Positions 22,666 to 34,369 of a stretch of DNA of 64,000 bases are shown here, in pieces. The DNA comes from Macrostomum lignano. Its lineage: Eukaryota. Location of the stretch: contig NIVC01000197.1 in the NCBI GenBank assembly GCA_002269645.1, positions 496,001 through 560,000 of the forward strand. The letters are read 5' to 3'. A model generated the notes under the pieces. The model made no database searches and was not told where the DNA came from. It worked only from the letters and a program-made list of their open reading frames with translations. The stretch's first letter is position 1, and every line of letters starts with the position of its first letter. Made by a program: the position numbers and the translations under genes.

Positions 22666-24131
22666 TTAATTAACCAGCCAGTCCTGGCTAGTTGGGGACG
22701 TACAATTCAAATCGTCCTTGGAAAGGTGTTTAAGTTGACTTACTTAAATATTGATTTTTGGGTTTAAGAAGCAGGATTATGATTTCGGATGCATGGAATT
22801 TAAAAATTAATGTAAAATGAGGATAATTTGTTGCCTTCGAACTGCAGCTTAAAGTGGGACGGTGTCGAATACATATGTAAGTGGCAATAAGACTTTGGAC
22901 AACAAAGTGATGCAAACCCTACAGGCTTCAGCTTATCATTCCTTCACCGTTTGAGAATCTCGAGTTTTAAGATGGTACAGTTGTAGCTTCATGCGCCTCT
23001 AATAAAATCCTATACATTTAATTTATGGCAGTTGTTCACATGGTGACGCGAATTGCGCAAAATTGCACAAAATTACGTGAGAAAATTGAAAAAAATTGGG
23101 CAAGAATTGCGCAATAATTGCACTCAAATTGTTCATTAAGTGCAATAAAATTACACGAAATCACGCTTAAAATTACAATTTAATTGAGCATAAAATTGCA
23201 ATTCAAGAGCTTAGAAATTGCCGTTGGAGTGGCACTTCAGAATATTGATACGCTCGTATTATAGTGCAGGTAAATTTTAAGACTTCCCAAATTTAGCACT
23301 CGATCTGCAATTTTCATTATATCTGCTCAGAATTGAACCCAGAAAAGTAATTAAGACACAGTAAAAACCACCGGTGTTATTTCGGAATACATTAAATTTT
23401 GCAATTTTTCAATAAGATGTTATAATCATTTTTCAATCCAATACATTTCATTGTAATTTTTTATTTCACTTTACTACATATTAAAAAATAAAACTACAAA
23501 CAGATACTAAATATAAACCTTTATGGGCAAAAAACGATGCATAAGATACAAGAAAATACTTGCATAGATTAGTAAAAATTATTATTATTAAAATATTACT
23601 ATTTAACTATTTAGAAAAATTATTATTAAACCATTAATAAGCACACTGAACATTGAAACTAATTGAAAAATTCTTTTACATTTGAAGTGCAAAAGCGTTC
23701 TAAATAAACATAATTTATTAGTTAAACAATATTTTAACTTTCAGGGGTGCTGGCTGCATCAGCATGTTTATCTAAGCAGTTTAAAACTTTAAAGATGAAG
23801 CCTTTTACACATCTATGATGAAGCTTTTGGATACTTTTAAGTTCAAAACCTTTCTAGATTCCGAAATGAGACTTTCTAAGAACCCACAGGTAATTATTTT
23901 GTAGAATTGAATATTTAAAAAAAGATCCCAGATAAAGTTAGGATTCACTTTTTGCTTATTTATAATTTTTTATCGCCTTTCCATGATCTTACTTAGACAT
24001 TACTTTTTAAGGCTACCCAACATTGCCAGCCTGAAGCTCGTTAGAGCTTCCAGAAGTCAATTACAGTGATTACCTTGCAGTGATTTAGTGATTGCTTATT
24101 TAATGTTATTCCTATAGGCTATAACTGATAC

Positions 24132-24344
24132 TTAATGGTTTCCAGTATTGTCTTTCTTACGCTTGCCAGAAATGTCACGAAACATTTGATTTAACGATGC
24201 TCGCACAGATCTCCAGTTGTAGGCTGCAAACCATTCGGACAAAACAGCTCGAAGCTCCTCGACAGATTGCTCGTCCATCGCAATGCGCTCCGTTAAGCCA
24301 TTCAGCTCAATAATTGCAGAAATGCAATACTCCTCACCGAAGCG
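24132..24344 (-). pseudogene. Coding-like exon inside the CMC element (possible BEN-like accessory gene remnant)
   Basis: Stop-free 70-aa frame RFGEEYCISAIIELNGLTERIAMDEQSVEELRAVLSEWFAAYNWRSVRASLNQMFRDISGKRKKDNTGNH*, with protein-like composition in an AT-rich element. No ATG in front. Confidence 0.45.
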
Positions 24345-26000
24345 TCAAAAAATGTACTTTATGTACATTGGAGTTTATGTACATTGGCCCGCTATGAGAA
24401 TTCGATTTAGGAAACTATAGAAGCACAAACTCGAAAGGCAACGGTTGGTCAAATTTGTCTGCAGCATGCCTTCGCTTTTGTGTGTTCATTTCTTGGCTGA
24501 AAGAGAAACACAATTGAGTATTGAGTCGAAGTTGCACTGCTTTATAATTATAAAAGAGTATTATATTATAAATAATAATTATAAAATAATTATATAATTA
24601 ATAATTATAAAATAATTATAATAGATTATAAAAACAAAGTAGCTTTTCGAGCCACTTATTTTATTTATTTATATAGATTTCATTTTAGAATTTTGGCATA
24701 CCATTAATTTGTATATGGAATCATAAAATATCATTTTGAAAACTTGCAACCAAGATTTTCATAAAACAATCTAGATATAGTGATATGATATATAGTCTAA
24801 CAGACAATATATCAATAGAAGCCAAAATATCAAATACCTTAAAATAGTAGCTAATTAGTAAACAGAAGCTATACAAATGATTATACGCTCATAGCTAGGC
24901 CTAGTCATTAAGTCATTGATTAAGTTAGTAATCTAGTATATACCTATTTACTCAACTATCTTTTGCATATATTATGCTGTACCATTTAATAACCTGATAA
25001 GCTTCAGTTTGACTTTTAGACAATACATCAATTAATTTAATTAGAAAAAAGTAAATGTTTTTAAAAATAGCTATAGCTACATTAATTAAAAACCTATTTG
25101 TAGGCCTAGCTAATTGCCTATTAAACAATGATGTTCAATTTCATGCTTCACTAATTTAATTTAATGTATAGCTCCTATAAATAGTAGAGCTACTAAAATA
25201 ATTTTGAATTGAAATACATAATGTAATGACCAATGACAATGTAATTACAATTAAAGTATAACTTATTAATACAAAATTTTAGTCTACAAAGTGCCACTGC
25301 AGTATTAAAATTAATTGTATGCACTTGCCTGATACTGAGAGAGCTCTAGTCCTAGATATAAGAAAATGATAGAAAAGTATAATTACATGTATGAAACTAA
25401 AAGATAAAGTTCAAATACAGAGTTGACAAAACATTAACAATGACATAGTACATAGACAATTGGTAGCTTTTAGTATTTTATAAAAGGAGCTATGAAAAAT
25501 GAATTGGACAAACTCCAATAATGCTAGCTAGACTAGTCAATACTTATTAGTAATAGCAGTGCTGGGCAAGTTAATCAATTTTTTTAACTCGTTAAAAGTT
25601 AAAAAGTTAATTTAATTGCTCCAAAAAAATTAACTGTAACTAGTTAATTATTTAACTTTTGCCCAAAATTTAACTTCTGAAAAGTTAAAAGTTAAAGTTA
25701 ATAATTCCCTAACAGAAAAAGTGACATTTTCCTGGACATGTGTTCAGTGTGTTTTTTAAATTTCAGGTCGGCGCGGCGCGGCTGTGGCCAGGTCGCGGCG
25801 CCCTGGGGAGCTTGTCAGGGAATACTCCCCTGGGAATTAGACCGGGGACCCTGGGGAGAAAAAAAGCATTTTTAACTAAATTTTTGCCATTTAAATAAGA
25901 AAATCATTCACAGAAAGCTGATTGAAACTCTGTCTATGCTTTTTTTACCACAAAACTGCTTATTTCAATGTATTATTTCAAACACAACACACGTTTGAAT

Positions 26001-26173
26001 GGGGGGGGGGGGGTTCAGAAGACTGAAATTTCACAACGCCGAAACACCATACTTCACAAGACCGAAACTTCATAAGACCAAAATTTCACATTGTAGAAAA
26101 CTTTACAATAAGGATTGTATTGCATGTAGAATTTTCGGCGTTGTGAAATTTCGGTCTTATGAAATTAGCGACC
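26001..26173. mobile_element. MULE-like MITE, 9-bp TSD
   Basis: TSD cgtttgaat (25992-26000, 26174-26182). Inverted aagac.gaaatttcacaacgccgaaa arms; the left tip is replaced by a G13 run. Confidence 0.75.
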
Positions 26174-26335
26174 CGTTTGAATGTTTTTTTTCACTATGAG
26201 TCTTTCAATCAAGCAAATTGAATGTACGAGCGTAGAAACCTGTCAGGAAAAAGAAGCCTTACTGACTATTGTGTTGGTCTACGTTGACGGCTTGACAGAT
26301 TTGACACAGGCACAGCGCCATATCCTGTGTCAGTC

Positions 26336-26716
26336 GGGTCTCCCTAAAACACGCCCCGCACCGCCCCGACCGCTACACATTATAACATTTTTTGTCAATG
26401 CAGTATTTGATTGCAGAGGAAAGTATTTGTTGTAAGAGTAATGGAATAAATAAATTCAATTATCATTGTAAATAATAGCATTATTTTTCATTTTCTCGTT
26501 TCTATTATAAAATTATAGTATTATTATTTTACTAATATTACTATTTATATCACTTATTATTCACCGAATTGTATATTTCATAGTAAAAAAACTAAATTCG
26601 ATACAAACTTGAAGCTTAACAGAGATCTAACTCACTTTGAAATGTCTTCAGTTTAGCCAAATTTGTTATAATGTGTAGCGGTTCGGGGCGGCGCGGGGCG
26701 TGTTTTAGGGAGACCC
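26336..26716. mobile_element. 381-bp MULE-like MITE, ~53-bp TIR, 9-bp TSD
   Basis: TIR gggtctccctaaaacacgccccgc...ctacacattataaca with a perfect TSD gtgtcagtc (26327-26335, 26717-26725). Confidence 0.9.
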
Positions 26717-29700
26717 GTGTCAGTCACTGACGCATAGGGGGGTGTCATACAATAACAAAATACTCCGTATTAGACAGGACAAAATGGTGATTTACATGTA
26801 TCTGCAAGAAATTAAAATTCCGATTATAAAAACAGTCTCATTCATTAATTATCCTCCCACGAGTGCAGCTGCTGAGTATGCATTTTCCGCCTCCGGAGTC
26901 TGGACCCTTTCTGATAAAGGTGCGCGCACGATTTGGTGATGCCATGTTGTCAAATACAGTTTTAAACAAACATTGCTTAAATTTTTTACCCTTGCGCCTT
27001 GAACATGTAGTCCATCCAAAGCTTTAATCAAAGTTTAAAAAATGCCACTTAGTGACTTATAAAGATCTAAGTTATCCGCCGTTTTTTACTTATTTTTTCC
27101 CCGGGGTCCCCGTGGAATGACAGTAAATTCCCCAGGTCCCCAATAAGAAAATTCCCTGGGGAATCGACATCCCTATGTACAACGATAACTTCTAGTAGTC
27201 ATTGGGTAGAATATCAATAGATAATAGTTGAAGATTCCAGAATCTTCCGGAATATTCTATACATTATAACTTGTAACTGAAATATATACATGTAATAGTT
27301 TGTGACGCATTAAATAATGCTTAGAAAGGCGAAGTTATTTTATGTATGTATTAATTTTACTTTTTAATGGCATATAAGCTGTTGAAACCCGCGGATTTTG
27401 AACCCGGGGAACTCCATTTCCCGGAATTATTAACTTTTGTCATTTAACTTTAACTTACAGGAAAAAATTAACGATTTTTGTTAACTAGTTAATACATAAA
27501 AAATTTAACGAAAATTTAACGATTTTTTAAAAAAATTAACTAGTTAATTAACTAGTTAAACAATTAACTAGTTAACGCCCAGCACTGAGTAATAGCTAGC
27601 AATAATAGGACTAGAATTAGATAAACTAAAAAACTTTTTTTGAGTTTTACAATCTTAAGTCAAGACTACAAGAGTAAATAGCAAGGCTAAGTTCTTGTCA
27701 TTTACGATAAGTGAAAAGCAAGTGGCATTACTAGCCTTCAATTTCAATTACAATGATAAAAAAAGCTAGTAAAAACAACAAAGGAGAAGGCAACAACAAC
27801 AAGCAAGAGCAAGAAAGCAGCAATACGTCGTCGACGACCAATATGTGAGCAATAAGGCGCGCTGCTTTTTAAATTTAGCAAAGTTGTTACACTTTTAAAC
27901 AAAAAATTCCTAAAATGGTAGATACACTTTCTATTGAATATACAAAGCAGATAGATTTCTAAGAAAAATCAATTTTATTTGTTTGTAAGAATTTAGAACA
28001 CTTTAAATTTGTTCAGGGAGTCGTGAAAATGCAGTCATGTAAGTACAACTTATATTGTGCATATTTGCAGCTTATATAAATCATTTTATACCTCGATTTC
28101 GAAGACTTTGTCTATACTATGCTTCAATATATTGCAATTCATTTTCTGTACTCGTCAGAATCTGCATGTAATCGTTAAAAAATAATTTCTTTTGGCAATC
28201 TACATGTAATAGATGCGATGTAAATGTACCAGTAGCAAGGATATTTTTTATCTACTACTATACAAGTAATATTTAAAGCATATTTGAAATTGAAAAAATT
28301 GCAATATTCTTTGCAATGCGATTGCAAGAATTTCACTTTCTTGATATGTCTTTAACACTACTTACATAAGCATCTAAAGCGCACATGAAAGTTGAGAAAA
28401 TTGCAAGTTCTATGAGAAAGAAATTGCAATTAAGTCAATTATTGTGAATAAAATTGCAAGTTTCAAATTTTTTCCTCAATTTCGGGTATCATGTGTTATT
28501 TGTCCAGTGACCAAATTGTAGATTATTTGTTATTTGTTTCGTGATGAATATTCTAGATTTTTAAGACCTATTCTCGTATACTGATTAATATTTTCTTGTA
28601 TACTAGAGTGTTAAGCAAAGCAGTATATTATTCAATTCGGCATAATTTGGTGTATAAGACACACACTAGTATAACAATATAATAATCAAGATACGAGTAA
28701 GAAGTCTTTGAATATATTTACCCTTGTAGTTTTTATAAACTAGATATTTTAGCATTATCAATTTAACCGGACAAATAACAAAATGTCTATTTGTCCGGTA
28801 TTAACCGGATGAATAGGAAAGCATGGTCAGGATCCAGTAACCGGACAAATAACCACATCGCTATTCGTCCGGTCACCGGACAAATAACAACTGCCTTAAT
28901 TTATACATAAATCTCATTTTGTACATTTGTACTACGCAGCATACATTGTACAGGGTACAGCTAGTGGTATATGAATAGTATACTATATAGTGGTCTGATA
29001 GACTACAGTAAATGTAAACCATACATTTATTATTCTACATATATCATAAATGTACATTATTGCTGATTCATAGCAACGTGCATGCAGGCCCGGGAGTGCC
29101 GGCCAGAGAAGAGCCAATTAAAATTAACTAATTCGCGAGTGGTGACAGCCAGCTGCAAGAGAAATTCAGGAAAACTGTTTAAGATTTTCCGGTATAAAAG
29201 TACGTGTTGACGCGCGGCAACTCGGTCGGTAAAATTCAAGGCGTTAGAATTCACACTGTGATGATTCGTTTGCTAAATTGCAATGCAATGTCTCTGGAAA
29301 AAAACGTAATCGGCACTAATCATTGAGCCTGCACACCCATGTAAAATAGAGTAATGATGAAAGGCTTTCGAATGACAATGTACCTTGCACATGTACATTT
29401 AGATTTGTACATTCAGTGATTTTTGTGTGCATTTATTCATGTAAATAAGGCTACAGTGCATGCATTTAGATTTACATATAAATTTACGCAATTGAGGTTA
29501 AAGCCGACGAGTTAATTGACGTCATTCTGAATTCACTATATGCAATTCGAACACTTCACTAAACTTATGCATGGTTGTGAGTTAATTTCTGACTGTGGAA
29601 GCAGAGCAAAGCTCGAGAGAGCTATGTAGGAAAAGAAAAATTATGCAAACGCGGGACAGATAAAGCTTGGGGTTTGGTCGCTTTATCTTTCAACGCTTTG

Positions 29701-29886
29701 ATTATCTGCAGAGCTTAAAATGCTTGACGCCAAAATAATATGAGGCCGCAGATATTTTATCGAAAGTTGACAAAATTTTGCTTGAAACTGTAATGCGATC
29801 GGAGCAACGCACGCATGTAGGCTATCACTGGATCATTGTTGGAGCTTAGCTTTAATCAGTAACAAAAGCACAAAAACGACTCAAAT

Positions 29887-32344
29887 ATGCTCTACAAGCC
29901 TGGCAAGGGAAAGTCGGCAAAGCAGACTGGCGCTGGGAAGCAGAAATTTGCCAACGCCCAGCAGCAGTCGCAGAAGCAGCAATCAACGCAGCACCAACAT
30001 CAGCACCGCTGGCACAGGCTGAGTCACCTCCTGAGCAACATCGGCCACCTGAGCTTCTTCGGATCCCAGCACAGCCTCGCTAGCACCAGTTCCGGTGGCG
30101 AGCAAGTACTCAAGCCCGACATCGATGAGTTCGCGCCACCTTGCAGATTCCCGCAACATCAGCTGCACCAGCACGGCAGTCAGGGCCGTTCCAAACTGGC
30201 TGTCAGCTGTCAGAATCTGGCCCAGATGAAGGAGACGCTTGACTTCGACGACGACTGGATGGTCGGCGGCCAGCTGAGCCGGGACTGCGCCGCTGCAGCA
30301 GCGGGTACGAAAATATGGTAGCTCTGCTTGCGTACCATTGTCCCTAGATCCCTATGAACAGATGGGCGCAATTATATGCACTCTACCTCCAAAGTCTGAC
30401 TGGGATGTCAGATTTTTCTTCCGGAATGTTATGAAACAAATGTATGAGCTATTACATGTGCGTTTCATGCAGTCTGTTTGAAGAGAAAGGAGAGTATAGA
30501 TTCAGGAGCGTGAGTATAGTGTCAGGAGTGCCAGACAGTATAGTGTCAAGAGTGTCAGCATAGTGTCAAGAGTGTCAGCATAGTGTCAAGAGTGTCAGCA
30601 TAGTGTCAAGAGTGCCAGTATAGTGTCAGGAGTGCCAGCATAGTGTCAGGAGTGCCAGCATAGTGTCAGGAGTGCCAGCATAGTGTCAGGAGTGCCAGCA
30701 TAGTGTCAGGAGTGCCAGCATAGTGTCAGGAGTGCCAGTATAGTGTCAGGAGTGCCAGCATAGTGTCAGGAGTGCCAGTATAGTGTCAGGAGTGCCAGCA
30801 TAGTGTCAGGACTGCCAGCATAGTGTCAGGAGTGCCAGCATAGTGTCAGGAGTGCCAGCATAGTGTCAGGAGTGCCAGCATAGTGTCAGGAGTGCCAGCA
30901 TAGTGTCAGGAGTGCCAGCATAGTGTCAGGAGTGCCAGCATAGTGTCAGGAGTGCCAGTATAGTTCCATCACAATTATTCATTGCAGGCTTGGAGGAGCT
31001 GCGACGCGGAGCGAATCGGGTAGCCAAGTGGGCCACCGGGCTGGACCACCTGCTGGCTGACACCGACGGTGTCTGGGTGTTCGCCGACTTTCTCCGAACC
31101 GAATTCAGCGAAGAGAACATCCAGTTCTGGCTGGCTGTCGAAGAGTTCAAGCAACTGCCGACGGATGAACCTGGCGAGGTGAGGCTGGCAGCTCAGCTGA
31201 GAGCTTGTTACTTTGAAGCTTTCGCGGTTAAGCAGAGTTGATCGCAGTTAGTGCTCAGCTGAGTAGGCTGTATGAGCGTCATCTCCCAAGCCAGCCAACT
31301 GTGAGCCAGTGGCACGTTTGAGCTCGGAGCTCCAGCTCACCCTGCTGTGATTGGGCAGCAGCTCTGGGCTCCATCTCACCCTGCTGTGATTGGGCAGCAG
31401 CTCTGGGCTCCAGCTAACCCTGCTGTGATTGGGCAGCAGCTCTTGAGCTCCAGCTCACCCTGCTGTGATTGGGCAGCAGCTCTGCACTCCAGCTCACCCT
31501 GCTGTGATTGGGCAGCAGCTGGGGTGCTGGGATGGCCCGAGTGCCCGCGGAAATCCATATTAGAGACACCTTGTTGAAGGCACCTAAGCATGCAGTTAAG
31601 CTACCCGATGTAGTCGGTGGTGGTGGTGCGCTCAAGGGCGAGGATCGCTGCTTGACTGTCTGAGTACAAGAGGATATCCTTCCCCAGACTCGCGTTATGC
31701 AATGACGCAGCTTTTCCGAATGGTCACCACAATTTTTTCATCAATTTTCCCACCTGGGAGCTCATTTATCTAGTAAAGTCAATAACGTCTGCACCCTCTC
31801 TCAGCAGATTCTCGCCGCGGCCCATCGTATCGAGCGACTCCACATTGGCTGCGAGGCTCCAGCGAGTATCAATCTGGACGGCGCCACCGAGCGCGAGGTG
31901 CAGCGTCGCCTGAGCAGCGGCCAGCTCGATGTCGGCATGTTCAACGCAGCGCAGAGCCAGATCTTCAACCTGATGCGCATGGACAGCTATGCTCGTTTTC
32001 TTAAGTCGGCGCTCTATAAAGACTGCCTGCTCTGCGAGCTGGAGTCGCGTCCTCTGCCGACGTCCGCCGCACCTCATCGACGAAGCAACGACTCGCTGCT
32101 GCAGTCATCGATGCCGCCGGTGCGTGGGTCGCCGCAGAAAGCTCATGCAAGCAGGCGCCATCAATTCGGCAGTCAAGAACGGATGCTGGATGTCATTCGG
32201 CCTGCAGCGGATTCCGCCACATCAAACGGGACTAATCTGAAGAAATCAGACGTGAGCAGCGTCACTTTGAAGACCTACCGGAGTCGTGAGCCAAGTTTTA
32301 TTGTTGCGGCTCTGGACTTGGACTGCGGATCCAGCGTGTGTTAG
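29887..32344 (+). CDS. Regulator of G-protein signalling (RGS box, R12/loco-like); exons 29887-30304, 30988-31178, 31808-32344
   Basis: The spliced frame is intact (1146 nt) and contains W..GL..LL.D..G...F..FL..EFSEENIQFWLAVEEFK, INLD and FNAAQ.QIFNLMRMDSYARFLKS.LY..C. The 3' end may splice further at the donor near 32252. Confidence 0.9.
30517..30963. repeat. Intronic minisatellite, 20-bp unit tagtgtcaggagtgccagca
   Basis: About 22 tandem copies in RGS intron 1. Confidence 0.95.
31328..31520. repeat. Intronic minisatellite, 39-bp unit
   Basis: ctccagctcaccctgctgtgattgggcagcagctct... repeated 4-5 times in RGS intron 2. Confidence 0.9.
31525..31690 (-). mobile_element. Decayed non-LTR retrotransposon RNase H fragment
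   Basis: Minus-strand frames give ILLYSDSQAAILAL and, after frameshifts, NKVSLIWI / RGHSGHP, matching the YSDS.AA..AL and W..GH.G motifs of I-group RNase H. Confidence 0.7.
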
Positions 32345-32999
32345 CAAGAGTGTACAAGCATGAAGTTCCATTTCTTTCGATGCCTGTGTGGAATTTATGC
32401 TCACTGCTCCAAATTACCTTATCACAGTAATTTGACGTTTAAATTATACAATAGTCGAAACGATTTGTACAAACTAAAATCAAGTTAAACACCGCTCTTG
32501 AAACTCCCTTCTCTGCTTACGTAGCTTACTGCATATGAATTACGAGTAGCACCGTGCTAGATCAAATTTTACGTGATACGTTTTCGACCTTCTTTAATTT
32601 GGCCTTTGATCGGAAACAGCTTCTTTAGCCTCAGAATACAGAAAATAATCTCATGTCAGATGGTCAGCTCCAAGCTGGTAGCAGAGATGTGGCGAGCAGC
32701 TACTGTACATGTAGGTCGTGTTGGCTAAGAAGGCAGCGAGAGCCAAGCAGAGCGATTTCCAAAAGATTATAAATCAGCTAATCCGTAGATTAAACTAATC
32801 CATAACCGCCCCCTCAACCCTAGTTTGAGGATCCTAGAAGGGACTCCAAGCTATCCTGCCAACTGGTTTCTTTTGCTGCTGGGACTGGATCGCATTGATC
32901 ATGCAGAGAGGACTTGTGCAGTAGGTTCTTGCGTTGGCGAGATTGTGAGTGACCGAATGCAGTACACATGTACACTTCACCGAATTGTGCAAATCGTCA

Positions 33000-33301
33000 C
33001 CGGGCGTCGCCACCGGGGGGCCCCAAATAAAAGCTATGGGGGACATGCCAATATGTTGTCCCTTACCCCACCTTTTTGTGACCCGTTGTGGAGATCAATA
33101 ACAAATTAATAAATTAATACGAAACCAAAAATGAGTGCCTGTATAATGTCTGCGGCGCCAAAACGAATTCCTGCAGCACCAATTAAATGTGTGCTAACAA
33201 CACCGATTCTCAAAATAATAATGTAGATGTAGGAATTTAGCTATGCACATGTAGAATTCTTGACTTGTCCCCACAACACAAAATCTATGGCGACGCCCCT
33301 G
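33000..33301. mobile_element. Decayed hAT-like MITE
   Basis: Inverted ends gggcgtcgcca / tggcgacgcccctg. No TSD retained. Confidence 0.4.
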
Positions 33302-34369
33302 TTTAATAACGAACCTCTCAAATACATGTAGCGCTGACGTAATGATTAATAATTAATCTTCAGAGGCTAACTAAAGCTATATACGGTGAACATTAAAAAT
33401 AAATTATAGTTTGCCCGCGGCTGCCTGACGGGGCACAAATGATATGCAGATGCATGCATGATCTGAATGATTCAATGCACTGATTGAACGACTGATCGAC
33501 GAGATAGCTAGCAGTATCGCCCCATATACTAGTGCGCCGCTCCCTACTGTGTAATGTAGATCGTTTGTTGTAGAGCACTCCGATCGCTGCTGCGATAATT
33601 ATCGAACAATTTCTGCTTTAATTCAGCACAGATAAGCAAACAAGCAAAAATTAAAGTCCCTCTCCAGCTACCAAGAGTGTAGTTCCAGATGGGGGAAGCG
33701 ATCATCTGATTAAACAAGTTTTAATTATGTGACTGTACTTACATGCATGTAGCCTTTTCTCCCAACAATCAGATTATCAACGTGCCAACAACCTGCTGGT
33801 GTCCAAAGTGACCGAGGCTTTTTAGACAAATTACTGCTTGCAAATCAGCGCGTAAAAAAGTGACAAAACGCCACCGGCCCAGGTGGTCCGGAATAGAAAC
33901 ACAAATTAGGTCCTCTCGTCAAGATTTATTTAATATAATGTTGGAATAGTCGTTGAACCCATAAAATTTTACTTTTGAGTTTCGTATTTTTTCAAATAAA
34001 GCATTTTCGAAAGAGTAAGGCAAACATTTTCACATGTCAATTTTCATGTATAAGTTTTAAAAGTGGCCGGAATCTAAATTTTAAATGTTTTTCGATTAAA
34101 ACAAATAATTTTTGCTAAGAAGTAAATCCGAGTGAATAAACTACGTTGTGTATCCACATTATTTGAAAAACAGAAAATATATTTTATTATATCAAACAAT
34201 TATGTGCTTTATTGTGTCATAAATAAATATATTACGTGTTACAAGATTTTTAAGAAATGCTTTTCTGTGAAGATCACGACATTCTTTGAACAGTCCTGAA
34301 TCTTAAATGTGTTGAAGTTTCATTATTTATATAATTTAATCTTACGACAACGTATTTAAAGCTTCGTTA

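Larger units (their letters stand above)
25557..27587. mobile_element. 2.03-kb non-autonomous hAT element
   Basis: TIRs CAGTGCTGGGC / GCCCAGCACTG, ttaac-rich subterminal repeats and a perfect 8-bp TSD agtaatag (25549-25556, 27588-27595). Confidence 0.9.
23037..28495. mobile_element. Non-autonomous CAC...GTG DNA transposon with 2-bp TSD (CMC: EnSpm/Mirage-like)
   Basis: Termini CACATGGTGACGCGAATTG / CAATTTCGGGTATCATGTG with aattgc-type subterminal repeats at both ends. The TT duplication is supported by reconstructing the host TIR. Confidence 0.8.
23027..28895. mobile_element. MULE-like MITE (GGCAG TIR, 9-bp TSD) split by a 5.46-kb insertion
   Basis: TSD ttaatttat at 23018-23026 and 28896-28904. 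The left TIR is rebuilt from 23027-23036 plus 28498 onward and matches the right TIR ggtcaccggacaaataacaactgcc. Confidence 0.85.

Noticed and set aside
25816-27175. Additional hAT layer (cagggaat... / ...catcccta) inside the 25557-27587 element
   Set aside because: The ends are only partly complementary and there is no TSD. It may be internal structure of the host hAT, so it was not counted as a layer.
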